Shown here piece after piece: positions 7,660 through 16,458 of a DNA stretch of 64,000 bases; the stretch's first letter is position 1, and each line of letters opens with the position of its first letter. Position numbers and translations under genes: made by a program. Source of the DNA: Verrucomicrobiota bacterium (lineage in GTDB: Bacteria; Verrucomicrobiota; Verrucomicrobiia; Limisphaerales; SIBE01); contig JAIPJX010000008.1 in NCBI GenBank assembly GCA_021733945.1, forward strand, positions 12,975-76,974, in the 5' to 3' direction. The notes beneath the pieces were generated by a model that ran no database searches, was not told the origin of the DNA, and saw only the letters and a program-made list of their open reading frames with translations.

Positions 7660-10600
7660 ATGAATATACTCTCATTCGATCCACCGAAGTCTTCCCAGCA
7701 GGGAGCTTCGTTGTTCGGCGTGGACGGCGCAAAGTCCTCTGGCAAGGTCGGGCTCACGGTTTCGTTCGAATCGGCTTTGAACACGGCTGCTCCTGAGTCC
7801 CAGCAGACTCCGGGAAGCTCCGGCAATGCGGGTCCATTGAACGAACAATCCCAGATCAGCAATCCATTCCAAACGCAGAACCCGAAAGCAGGAAACTCGC
7901 AGTCGGCAACGGTCCGGGACATGGAATCCCCGTATCCAATCGCACAGGAGGGAGACGCTCGGGAAGGTTCGGTCGCAGGCGGATTCTCCGGGGCGGAAAC
8001 GTCGGATCAGGAATCCGAACAGAAGAAGTTTCTCCAGAACGCTGCGGAAGAGCTTCTGCTGGTGGTGGAACAATCGTTGGTTGTGGGCGGCGTTTCTTCT
8101 CCGGTTGAGGCGCTGATTCCGGCAAAATCTCTGACTGCTTCCGAAGGAGACGCGACTTCGGGGCAAGCGGGAGAAGCGGTCGTTCCGCTGGTCGGTTCGG
8201 ATGCGATCGGTAATGAACCCAGGGTGTCCGGGAACGGAAGTCCGGGGGGTGGGGTGATCTTGGGTGGAAGCACTGAGCAATCCTCAGGCACCGGGACGGT
8301 AGTTGCTTTGCCTGACAAGACAGGGTCGTCGGGTGTCGGTGAATCTGGCTTGTCACAGAAGGTGTCAGGTCAGGTGGCTCAGCAGAGGCGTTCAATCCCG
8401 ACTCCTGGGAACGCACAGAAGGCTGTTTCTGAAGTTTTGGCGTCTGGCAGTACGATTGAGTCATCCGAAATTCCATCAGCTGCGGTTTCGGTAGATTCAT
8501 CTCCTGTAAATCTAAGTGCAGCTGGGCAGGGACAGGCCTTTTCGTCTGGTCCCAGCCTCTCTGGAGCCGCGACTGCCCAGTCGGGTGTTGAGTCCAAGGG
8601 ACCCAAACCGAGCACGAATGCCGCCGAACTGGCAGCGACTCCAATTGCAAAAAGCGGAGAGGTGTCCAATTCCCAATTGCTTTCAAAGGATGGGTTTGGC
8701 GTCAGACAGGATTTTGAACCTGAAGGTTCGGTTCGATTTAGTGAGATGTCTTTGGATGCGAAGGGCCAGAGCCTGTCCAGCGCGAGCGGTTCGATCCCGG
8801 CGCAGGGGGCGACCGCAACCCAGGGCGCGGACCATTCCGCAACCGCTGCAATTGCAGCCGAACGGAAGGCCTCTTTCACGGTGGGCGTGGGGGGCAAAGT
8901 GAGCGAAGGAAAGGTCCAACCGCTTCAGGGTACTGTTGCAACGACTCCGGAGGCCGATTCGTTGAGGGATTTTATTGCCCCAACACCGGGTCGGAACGTT
9001 TCCACGAGCTCCATGGGAGTTCAGTCAAATGTCAGTGCTGAGCTGCCCGTTCGTAAGGATTCGGGTGTGGCAGGGGATACGGTTCGGAACGTTCGGGAAT
9101 CTGTCGTCCAAAAAATGGCGGTGGGGGCCAAGTCCGATCCCGGCGTTTCCGGGAACCAGTTTCATTCTGGTGTTGGAAAGCAGGGTGTTCAGACTGGGAT
9201 CGAGAATTTGATGGATCAGAAAGTTTCAGACGAGCCGGTGAGTTCTCCTGCAACCACTGGCGCAACCGCTGGCGCAACCACTGGCGCAACCACTGGCGCA
9301 ACCACTGGCGCAGCGGCGCTGCCCCGGACGGGAGTTGCGTCCCAGCCCCGAGCGGCAGGAAGTGCGTTTGTTGAGAACCGTCCGGTCTCCGGCTCTGATG
9401 AGGTGGCCAAAGCCAAACCGTTGCAGTCGGACGCTCCGATCGGCAAGGGGGCGGTGGGTGGTGCTGCGCCCCAGGATTCGAAAACCGTGATCTCTCCGGT
9501 GTTGGTGGATGCAAGCGGGGAAGCGCGCGAGCTATCCTTGGCCCAACGTCTGAACCAGACGTCCGTTGCGCGGGGAGGCGAATTTGCCGCGCCATCCAGG
9601 GCGCAGGATCCGGTGGGGCAAACGGTTTCATCGGATCGAATGCCGGTTGCCGCAAGTCTGCCGGTTCAGGAAAAAGCGGCTGCTGGCGAAGGCGCCGAAG
9701 AGTTGACCGCAGCAGCAGCGCAATCGGGGAGGCCGAGCGGTGCGGGGGCGGTGGAATTTAGAATGGATGGGAAGAGTGGAGTGGCGGTGAGTCAGCCGGG
9801 TTCGGGATCGCAGTCCGCTGCGGATCAGGAATCGACGCCGGATTCGGGTGCCGGGAAAGATGGGGGCAGCAAGAATGGCGGCAAGCAATTGAACGGCACG
9901 GTAGCTGCTCAACGAGATAAAGACATGGCACATACGGCATCCAACGAGTCATACGGTCGGTTGATCGGGAAAAATATTCCTGATTCGGCTAAAAATGACA
10001 GTTTGCTCGGGACGGCGCGCGCTGGTGTTCCGATCGTGGAGGCAGGGTCCTCAGCGACGCGCCGGGGAACTGAGTTTTCGGGTGTGCCCGGGGTTCAGAT
10101 CGGTGCGATGGCCCAGTCGAGGGAATTTTCGGAGCTCGAGGGAGCCGATGGGGCGGGAGAAGTGGATGGGGTCCCGGGTTCAAAGCTCTCCGGGCAGGTA
10201 TGGTCCGCTGTTGAGAGTTTTCGGGCGCAGGGTGCGCGGGATTGGGTGGTTCGTATCCGACCGGATCAGGACACCGCCATGGAATTGCGGATGCGCATGC
10301 ATGGGGATCAGTTGGTGATCCACGCCCGGTTGGAGTCTGGTCGTGCCGAGATGATGCTGCCGCGCTGGACGGAGCTTCAGGGGATTCTGGCGGATCGGGG
10401 CATTCAGCTTCAGGGGTTGGAATCTGGAACGGGACACAATGCGGGGCAGGGTCCTGGGAATCAGGCCAATCAGGGCCAGGCCCGGGAAGACACGAATAAT
10501 CCACGTCAGTTTGATCAATCTGGGTCCAGCAGCTTTGAACAACGGGAAGCGGCTGAGCGGCAGAAACAGGCAGAGCGACTGACGCGGTTGGTGGGAGGTC

Positions 10601-10683
10601 GTTCAGGTCAGGGTGCCGCTTCGGTCGGATCCACCGGTGCAAAACCACGCAGCTCGAACAATGGATGGGAGAGCTGGGCTTAA
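7660..10683 (+). CDS. fliK: flagellar hook-length control protein FliK (unusually long, 1007 aa)
   Basis: C-terminal Flg_hook-type domain (WVVRIRPDQDTAMELRMRMHGDQLVIHARLESGRAEMMLPRW...). Lies between fliJ/ylxF-like and flgD. The preceding ~850 aa are S/G/A/P-rich low complexity. Confidence 0.75.
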   Translation: MNILSFDPPKSSQQGASLFGVDGAKSSGKVGLTVSFESALNTAAPESQQTPGSSGNAGPLNEQSQISNPFQTQNPKAGNSQSATVRDMESPYPIAQEGDAREGSVAGGFSGAETSDQESEQKKFLQNAAEELLLVVEQSLVVGGVSSPVEALIPAKSLTASEGDATSGQAGEAVVPLVGSDAIGNEPRVSGNGSPGGGVILGGSTEQSSGTGTVVALPDKTGSSGVGESGLSQKVSGQVAQQRRSIPTPGNAQKAVSEVLASGSTIESSEIPSAAVSVDSSPVNLSAAGQGQAFSSGPSLSGAATAQSGVESKGPKPSTNAAELAATPIAKSGEVSNSQLLSKDGFGVRQDFEPEGSVRFSEMSLDAKGQSLSSASGSIPAQGATATQGADHSATAAIAAERKASFTVGVGGKVSEGKVQPLQGTVATTPEADSLRDFIAPTPGRNVSTSSMGVQSNVSAELPVRKDSGVAGDTVRNVRESVVQKMAVGAKSDPGVSGNQFHSGVGKQGVQTGIENLMDQKVSDEPVSSPATTGATAGATTGATTGATTGAAALPRTGVASQPRAAGSAFVENRPVSGSDEVAKAKPLQSDAPIGKGAVGGAAPQDSKTVISPVLVDASGEARELSLAQRLNQTSVARGGEFAAPSRAQDPVGQTVSSDRMPVAASLPVQEKAAAGEGAEELTAAAAQSGRPSGAGAVEFRMDGKSGVAVSQPGSGSQSAADQESTPDSGAGKDGGSKNGGKQLNGTVAAQRDKDMAHTASNESYGRLIGKNIPDSAKNDSLLGTARAGVPIVEAGSSATRRGTEFSGVPGVQIGAMAQSREFSELEGADGAGEVDGVPGSKLSGQVWSAVESFRAQGARDWVVRIRPDQDTAMELRMRMHGDQLVIHARLESGRAEMMLPRWTELQGILADRGIQLQGLESGTGHNAGQGPGNQANQGQAREDTNNPRQFDQSGSSSFEQREAAERQKQAERLTRLVGGRSGQGAASVGSTGAKPRSSNNGWESWA
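9250..9309 (+). repeat. 12-bp in-frame tandem repeat x5 inside fliK
   Basis: Five head-to-tail copies of GCAACC(A/G)CTGGC starting at codon position 1, encoding ATTG-ATAG-ATTG-ATTG-ATTG. Confidence 0.95.
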
Positions 10684-10693
10684 TTTTGAAATC

Positions 10694-11155
10694 ATGATTT
10701 CTCCAATTACTCCAACCACAGCGGCGACACCTGCGGCAGCCGCCAGCAATCTGGCTACGGGAGAGCCGCCGTTGTCCCGGATTCCGACGAAGATCCTCAA
10801 GCAGGAGGATTTCCTGCAGCTTCTGGTGGCGCAATTGCAGAATCAGGATCCCATGGCTCCGCAAACGGACACGGAGTTTATCGGGATGATGACACAGTTT
10901 ACCTCCCTGGAGCAGACCCAGAACATGCAATCGGACATTGCGACGATGCGTTCGCAACAAGAGATGTTGCAGGCCATGTCGATGCTCGACAGGGAAGTCA
11001 TGGTTTCTTCGAAGGATGGAATTCCAGTAAGAGGGGTTGTCAAGGGTTTTGACATGGAAGGGCAGACGCCCAAGTTATTGATCGGCGACGGGCGGTATGC
11101 TCTGGCGGATATCCAGGCAATTCGAATGGTTAATCAAAACGAAACACAGAACTAA
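10694..11155 (+). CDS. flgD: flagellar hook assembly/capping protein FlgD
   Basis: FlgD N-domain ILKQEDFLQLLVAQLQNQDPMAPQTDTEFIGMMTQFTSLEQ. ATG 10694 is preferred because the track start 10613 would overlap the fliK 3' end. Confidence 0.85.
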   Translation: MISPITPTTAATPAAAASNLATGEPPLSRIPTKILKQEDFLQLLVAQLQNQDPMAPQTDTEFIGMMTQFTSLEQTQNMQSDIATMRSQQEMLQAMSMLDREVMVSSKDGIPVRGVVKGFDMEGQTPKLLIGDGRYALADIQAIRMVNQNETQN

Positions 11156-11167
11156 CAATAAGGCATT

Positions 11168-12097
11168 ATGTCTCTTCGAGCACTCAACACGGGCGTGTCT
11201 GGAATCAAGCAATTCCAATCCGCTCTGGATAACATCGGCAACAACCTCGCGAACATTAACACGATTGGTTTCAAATCAAGCCGTGTCGAGTTCGCCGACA
11301 CACTCAACCAGACGCTGAAGTCTTCCGCCCCGGATAGTGGTGCTGGTTACTCGGGAACCTCCACCGCTCAGGTTGGAAATGGTGTCACGGTTGCCGGTGT
11401 GAAGAATCTTTTCACCCAGGGTGCGGTGACCCAGACCGGGGTGAGCACGGATTTGGCGATCAGCGGAGAGGGCTTTTTCACGATCCGGAAACCGAACCCG
11501 GACCCGGCCGCCACAACGTCCGAGTATTTTGCGACTCGCGCCGGTGATTTTCGGTTGGACAGCAATGGCTATCTGGTGACCAACAACGGCTACCGGGTGC
11601 AGGGGATCACCGATTCGTTGTTGCCGGGTGGAGCCTCGGATTACGCGGATGGCGCAAACACGGGTGACATCAAGATTGATCCGGACGGCATCACCGCGAT
11701 CAGCACGTCGCCGATCTCCAGCGTTGCGATTGACACGAATGGAAAGGTGAACGTCACGCTGCAGGACGGGACGCAGTTTGTGCGGGGGCAGCTTCTTCTC
11801 CAGAACTTCACCAACCCGAACGCCCTCATGAAGAGTGGCAACAATCTCTATTCCAACCTCGAAAATGCAGGTCGGCTGACGGGCACCGGTACATTCGGGG
11901 CGGGCGGGGTTCTCGGAGGCAAGCCGAACACCAACGGTATGGGGCGGATTGATTCCGGGGCATTGGAACTTTCAAATGTGGACATCTCGCGAGAATTTGC
12001 GAATATGATCACGACACAGCGCGCCTTCCAGGCAAATGCACGGGTTGTCACGACCAGCGATCAGATATTGCAAGAAATTGTACAGCTCGTAAGATAG
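11168..12097 (+). CDS. flgE: flagellar hook protein FlgE (short, 309 aa)
   Basis: N-terminus MSLRALNTGVSGIKQFQSALDNIGNNLANINTIGFK and C-terminus ELSNVDISREFANMITTQRAFQANARVVTTSDQIL. Follows flgD. Confidence 0.85.
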   Translation: MSLRALNTGVSGIKQFQSALDNIGNNLANINTIGFKSSRVEFADTLNQTLKSSAPDSGAGYSGTSTAQVGNGVTVAGVKNLFTQGAVTQTGVSTDLAISGEGFFTIRKPNPDPAATTSEYFATRAGDFRLDSNGYLVTNNGYRVQGITDSLLPGGASDYADGANTGDIKIDPDGITAISTSPISSVAIDTNGKVNVTLQDGTQFVRGQLLLQNFTNPNALMKSGNNLYSNLENAGRLTGTGTFGAGGVLGGKPNTNGMGRIDSGALELSNVDISREFANMITTQRAFQANARVVTTSDQILQEIVQLVR

Positions 12098-12107
12098 TAG
12101 TTCGTTT

Positions 12108-12863
12108 ATGGCAGATGAAACCCCTGAGTCCGCAGCGGAAAGCGAAGACGCGGCGTCAGCGACGGCAACGTCGACCGGCGTTGCTGCCTTGCTGAACAAT
12201 AAGTACCTTCCGCTCATCGTGGCCGTGGTCGTGATGCCAATCATGGCCTGGGGGGTTATCAAGTTCCGTTCATCGGGCAGCAAGGCGAAGCCGGAAGCCG
12301 CGGCCGAATCCCATGCGGCAGAGGCCGAATCCTCCCACGGGGCCGCTCCAAGTGGAGGGGGGCACGGGGGTGGCGGGCACGGTGGAGCTGCTGCGGAAGA
12401 ATCATCCCATGAGGTTGATACCTCGGGAGACACCCGGCTCACGGTCCCTGTTCCCATCACACGCGATCCTGTTGCTTTCCAGCGGAAGGCCAGGAAACCG
12501 GCAGACGGGATCGTTGACTACGACAAGATCGTCGTCCTTGATTACAAGGGGGAGGCCAGGGATCTGGCTCAGGCGGACAAGATCGTGGTCAACATTTCCG
12601 GGACTGAAGGCCAACGTTATGCCGTGGCGCGTGTGCTGGTCACCGGACGCAGCACCGAATTGATCGATGCGGTCAACACGTATCGGGAAGCCTTGCTCGA
12701 CAAGGCTACCGGGGCACTCTCGAGCAAAACGCTCGATGACATCAACAAACCGGGCTTCAGGAATTTCCTGCGCGCCGAGCTCCTGACTCTTTTTAATGAG
12801 GTGATTCGTTCCCGTGGGAATCTCATTGAAGATGTCATCATCACAGAGTTTGTTATTCAATAG
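12108..12863 (+). CDS. fliL: flagellar basal body-associated protein FliL
   Basis: 251 aa. Single TM (YLPLIVAVVVMPIMAWGVI) and FliL-like C-domain (VVNISGTEGQRYAVARVLV..., FRNFLRAELLTLFNEV). Position before fliM. Confidence 0.7.
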   Translation: MADETPESAAESEDAASATATSTGVAALLNNKYLPLIVAVVVMPIMAWGVIKFRSSGSKAKPEAAAESHAAEAESSHGAAPSGGGHGGGGHGGAAAEESSHEVDTSGDTRLTVPVPITRDPVAFQRKARKPADGIVDYDKIVVLDYKGEARDLAQADKIVVNISGTEGQRYAVARVLVTGRSTELIDAVNTYREALLDKATGALSSKTLDDINKPGFRNFLRAELLTLFNEVIRSRGNLIEDVIITEFVIQ

Positions 12864-12871
12864 ACCTGACT

Positions 12872-13858
12872 ATGGCCCGTATCGGCGCACCATCCGTTCA
12901 GACGTCAGCCGCCGTTTCGGCTGCCCCGCAATCGGTACAGGTTTTTACGTTCCGTGGCTTAAAGACCAGTCTGCCGCCGGATCGTGTCCGGAACTATGCC
13001 GTTGGACAGTCTGCAGCCCTTAGCTCGAGCGAGTTACATCGGTTCAAGTCGCATAACGAATCCGTGGTGCGTGGTGTGGGGGCGAGGTTGTCCCTGTTTC
13101 TTCGAATCGAGTTTACCCTCGAGTTGCTTTCCCTGGATACCATCACGCTTCCGAAGTTCGCGGATTCCGCGCCGCCTCCCCGGCACATGATTCTGTTCAA
13201 GATCGATCCCCTGCGCGGAATCGGTCTGTTTGACATCCCGCCGCCGCTGGCATTGTCCGTGGCGGACCGGATGCTCGGAGGCAAAGGGTTCTCCGTGAAT
13301 CCAAACCGGGCATTGCGCGAGGTGGAAATAGCGCTGGTCAATCAGATGGCACAGATTGCGATCAAGGAATGGTGCGCCGCCTGGCACAGTCAGGACGAGC
13401 TGCGCCCGGCCCTGCTTGGCCATGAAAGCAATCCCCGATTTTTGCAGATCAGTGATCCGGACGAGACTTTTTACATGCTGAAGATGGAGGCGGGCATCGG
13501 TGATTGCATTGAGCAAATGCTGATGGCCATGCCCGTCAAGATGCTGGATCCGCTGGTTCGGCAGCTGTCTCTCGAGACGGACAGCGTCAAGATGGAGCGT
13601 GCCGCCAAGGAGACTGTGGTTCCGAAATGGAATCCCGGGTACGACGAAGTCAAGATCCCGCTCTCGGCCGAATGGCGGGAGTTGGAGATTAAGACACGGG
13701 ATCTGTTGAATTTCCAGGTGGGTGATGTGATTCCTTTGGATTCGGATCAACTCAACCGGGTGGAAGTTTGTTTGGCTGGAAAACCCAAGTATATGGGGCG
13801 TTTGGGGAGTTCGGGCCCAAAATGCGCGGTTGAAATCACCGATATTCTCTCACGTTGA
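12872..13858 (+). CDS. fliM: flagellar motor switch protein FliM
   Basis: 328 aa. FliM middle domain including RMLGGKG, and a C-terminal SpoA-type domain (LLNFQVGDVIPLD...). No in-frame upstream extension is evident. Confidence 0.85.
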   Translation: MARIGAPSVQTSAAVSAAPQSVQVFTFRGLKTSLPPDRVRNYAVGQSAALSSSELHRFKSHNESVVRGVGARLSLFLRIEFTLELLSLDTITLPKFADSAPPPRHMILFKIDPLRGIGLFDIPPPLALSVADRMLGGKGFSVNPNRALREVEIALVNQMAQIAIKEWCAAWHSQDELRPALLGHESNPRFLQISDPDETFYMLKMEAGIGDCIEQMLMAMPVKMLDPLVRQLSLETDSVKMERAAKETVVPKWNPGYDEVKIPLSAEWRELEIKTRDLLNFQVGDVIPLDSDQLNRVEVCLAGKPKYMGRLGSSGPKCAVEITDILSR

Positions 13859-13873
13859 TCTGGTTCTATCGTT

Positions 13874-14143
13874 ATGAGCACATCTCCTGAAAACATGCCC
13901 AGCTTGGATTTCCTGCTGGATGTTCCGATCAAGTTGACGGTTGAACTGGGAGGATGCCAGATTTCGATGCGTGATCTCTTGCAGTTGAGTGTCGGATCGG
14001 TGGTCCAGTTGGACAAGTCGGCCAATGCATCGGTCGATCTGTTCGTGAATCAAAAGCTGGTGGCGCGTGGCGAGGTGGTCGTTGTGGAGGAGAACTTCGG
14101 GATCAAGATCACTGAGATTCTCGCTAAAGCAACGCCGACATGA
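13874..14143 (+). CDS. fliN: flagellar motor switch protein FliN (SpoA domain only)
   Basis: 89 aa. LDVPIKLTVELGGCQISMRDLLQLSVGSVVQLDKSANASVDLFVNQKLVARGEVVVVEENFGIKITEI. Confidence 0.9.
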   Translation: MSTSPENMPSLDFLLDVPIKLTVELGGCQISMRDLLQLSVGSVVQLDKSANASVDLFVNQKLVARGEVVVVEENFGIKITEILAKATPT

Positions 14144-14589
14144 GAATCCGGTTGATCCTTGGTCTCTCCGGACTCGTTTTCGGTCTGTCCTCTTCGAGTC
14201 TTGGAGCTGCATCTTCGATCACCAACAGTCCTCCCACGTTCGGTCCATCCTCCGAGGATCTCGTCGCCATCCTCATCCGGATGCTTGGAGCCTTTGCGAT
14301 TGTGGTGGGGGTGTTTCTGGTGGCGGCATGGTTCTTCAAGAAATCACGCCTGTTTGCGACTTACCAGGGTGCGGGGGCGCAACTGAAGATACTGGAAACC
14401 AGATCGTTGGGGCATCGGAATTCGCTCATCGTGGTTGGGTATCAGAACCGACGGTTTCTTCTCGCCGCTTCTTCGACCGGAGTGCAATTCCTGAGTCCGC
14501 TGCCGGATACGGAAGATGGGGAATTGGAGGGGCAGGACGACGGGACCTTTGCCCAGCGCCTGGATGCAGCGCAGGAAGGGAAAACGTGA
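14140..14589 (+). CDS. fliO: flagellar biosynthesis protein FliO/FliZ-like
   Basis: 149 aa. Signal-like N-terminus, one TM (LGAFAIVVGVFLVAAWFF), then LKILETRSLG... Lies between fliN and fliP and overlaps both neighbours. Confidence 0.5.
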   Translation: MRIRLILGLSGLVFGLSSSSLGAASSITNSPPTFGPSSEDLVAILIRMLGAFAIVVGVFLVAAWFFKKSRLFATYQGAGAQLKILETRSLGHRNSLIVVGYQNRRFLLAASSTGVQFLSPLPDTEDGELEGQDDGTFAQRLDAAQEGKT

Positions 14590-15362
14590 GAAGACTACTC
14601 TGTGGTGTTTTAATTCTGCTCGGATTGTTCGCTCTGGGGGAGGTGTGGAGTGTTTCGGCGCAGGCTCCCGGCGCAGCCTCCAGCTCGGCGAGCAACAGCG
14701 TGAACTTCGGGGTGAACCTGCCGACCCAGCCGAAGGACATCGATGTAGCGATTCGAATCCTGTTCGTAATGACGCTGCTGACGCTGGCGCCATCCATGAT
14801 CATGCTCATGACGAGTTTTACGCGGATCGTGATTGTGTTTTCGTTTCTTCGAACCGCACTTTCGCTCCAGGGAACTCCAGCCACCCAGTTGTTGATCGGG
14901 TTTTCGCTGTTCATGACGTTTTTCATCATGGCGCCGACCTATCAACAGATCAATGCGGACGCGTTGGAGCCGTATGCGGCGAGCCAGATCACCAGTCAGG
15001 AGGCCTTCGACCGGGCGGCCAACCACATGAAGAACTTCATGCTGCAGCAGAGCCGGGTGCAGGATATGGAGGTTTTTGTGGAGTTGGCAAAGCTGGGGCC
15101 TACGACTCCGGACCAGCTCCCGCTGAAAGTCGTGATCCCGGGGTTTATCCTGAGTGAACTGCGGACAGGTTTTCAGATGGGGTTCCTGATTTTTATTCCG
15201 TTTATTCTGATCGATTTCGTGGTGGCGATTGTGTTGATGAGTTTGGGGCTGATGATGTTGCCTCCGGCGTTGATCTCGCTGCCGCTGAAGTTGTTGCTGT
15301 TTGTGCTGGTAGATGGGTGGACCCTGTTGGTCCGATCTCTGGCCGCGAGCTTTGAAGTCTGA
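14586..15362 (+). CDS. fliP: flagellar export apparatus protein FliP
   Basis: GTG 14586 (GTGA overlap with the fliO stop). Signal peptide, then LTLAPSMIMLMTSFTRIVIVFSFLRTALSLQGTP... The first 173 codons of track ORF 14067..15362 are out-of-gene read-through. Confidence 0.9.
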   Translation: MRRLLCGVLILLGLFALGEVWSVSAQAPGAASSSASNSVNFGVNLPTQPKDIDVAIRILFVMTLLTLAPSMIMLMTSFTRIVIVFSFLRTALSLQGTPATQLLIGFSLFMTFFIMAPTYQQINADALEPYAASQITSQEAFDRAANHMKNFMLQQSRVQDMEVFVELAKLGPTTPDQLPLKVVIPGFILSELRTGFQMGFLIFIPFILIDFVVAIVLMSLGLMMLPPALISLPLKLLLFVLVDGWTLLVRSLAASFEV

Positions 15363-15364
15363 CC

Positions 15365-15634
15365 ATGAATCCGGACTACACAGTGGATCTGCTGCGCGGG
15401 TTGTTGACTCAGGCGGTGACGGTCGCTGCACCGTTCCTGCTGACGGCATTGGTGGTTGGTTTGTCCGTCAGCCTCTTTCAGACCATTACATCGATCCAGG
15501 AGCAAACCCTGACGTTTGTCCCGAAGGCGCTGGCCGTTGTTGCGCTTCTTTTTATGGTGTTGCCCTGGTTGATTCGGACACTGATGGATTTTACGGTGGC
15601 CATGATCAGTCAAATCCCGAACATGGTTCGGTAG
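15365..15634 (+). CDS. fliQ: flagellar export apparatus protein FliQ
   Basis: 89 aa, two TM segments, ...FQTITSIQEQTLTFVPK... FliQ/SctS pattern. Confidence 0.9.
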   Translation: MNPDYTVDLLRGLLTQAVTVAAPFLLTALVVGLSVSLFQTITSIQEQTLTFVPKALAVVALLFMVLPWLIRTLMDFTVAMISQIPNMVR

Positions 15635-15687
15635 GGCGTTGCCGCGATCATCCGAACGGACCTTAAACGATTCCCAAATCCCATCTG

Positions 15688-16452
15688 ATGGAGCTGTTTT
15701 TCACCTGGTTTCTGGTTTTTGTAAGAACAGCCGCTTTCCTGTACTTCTTTCCGCTTTTTTCTGGCGGAAATGTTCCTGCGCGCCTGCGAATCAGTCTGGC
15801 CGGGATGTTTTCGATCCTGATCGCATCCAGTGTTCAGAATCCGGTCGATCTGGCCAGTTTTCAGGTGGTGCAGGTGGTGTTCCTGATATTTCAGGAAGTA
15901 TCCATCGGTCTCTACCTGAGCATGTCGACGAGGCTCATTTTTTACGGGATTCAGTTAGCAGGGCATTTTATGTCGACGGAGATGGGGCTTCAAACCTCGA
16001 CGTTGATCACCCCTGCGGACTCGATTCCCGTGGCGATTCCTGCGGCGGTACTAAACATGCTTGCCATTATGTTGTTTCTAAGTCTGGATATTCATCACAT
16101 GCTGATTTTGACCTTTCAACGGACTTACGATGTGTTGCCGATTGGCGGAGCTGTCCTAAGCAACCCGTTGTTCGACGATATGACCCTGAGGGCCGGAAGA
16201 TTGTTCCTCCTGGGAGTTCAAATCGCCGCGCCTCTGATTGCGATCAGCTTTTTGTTGAACGTCGTGTTGATGATGCTTGGCCGTGCGGTTCCCCAGATGA
16301 ACATATTTTTTGAAAGCTTCACAATTCGGTTGATGTCGGGTTTGATTGTATTTGGGGTGAGCATCAGCCTTGCCTCCCAACGGATTGCGGACGAATTGAG
16401 GCGATTGCCACAAAATCTCATCGAGGCCGGGCGTCTTCTGTCCGGGCACTAA
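15688..16452 (+). CDS. fliR: flagellar export apparatus protein FliR
   Basis: 254-aa polytopic membrane protein directly after fliQ and before flhB. Confidence 0.85.
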   Translation: MELFFTWFLVFVRTAAFLYFFPLFSGGNVPARLRISLAGMFSILIASSVQNPVDLASFQVVQVVFLIFQEVSIGLYLSMSTRLIFYGIQLAGHFMSTEMGLQTSTLITPADSIPVAIPAAVLNMLAIMLFLSLDIHHMLILTFQRTYDVLPIGGAVLSNPLFDDMTLRAGRLFLLGVQIAAPLIAISFLLNVVLMMLGRAVPQMNIFFESFTIRLMSGLIVFGVSISLASQRIADELRRLPQNLIEAGRLLSGH

Positions 16453-16458
16453 TCGAGT

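Noticed and set aside
9250-9309. Whether the 12-bp repeat array could be a CRISPR or a mobile-element terminus.
   Set aside because: The units are contiguous with no spacers, in frame, and inside fliK. No cas genes, transposase or inverted terminal repeats were seen anywhere in the window. Likewise, no tRNA or rRNA features were recognised.
14067-14585. 5' 173 codons of track ORF 14067..15362.
   Set aside because: This stretch overlaps fliN and fliO in another frame and translates to Arg/Ser-rich sequence. FliP-like sequence begins only after GTG 14586.
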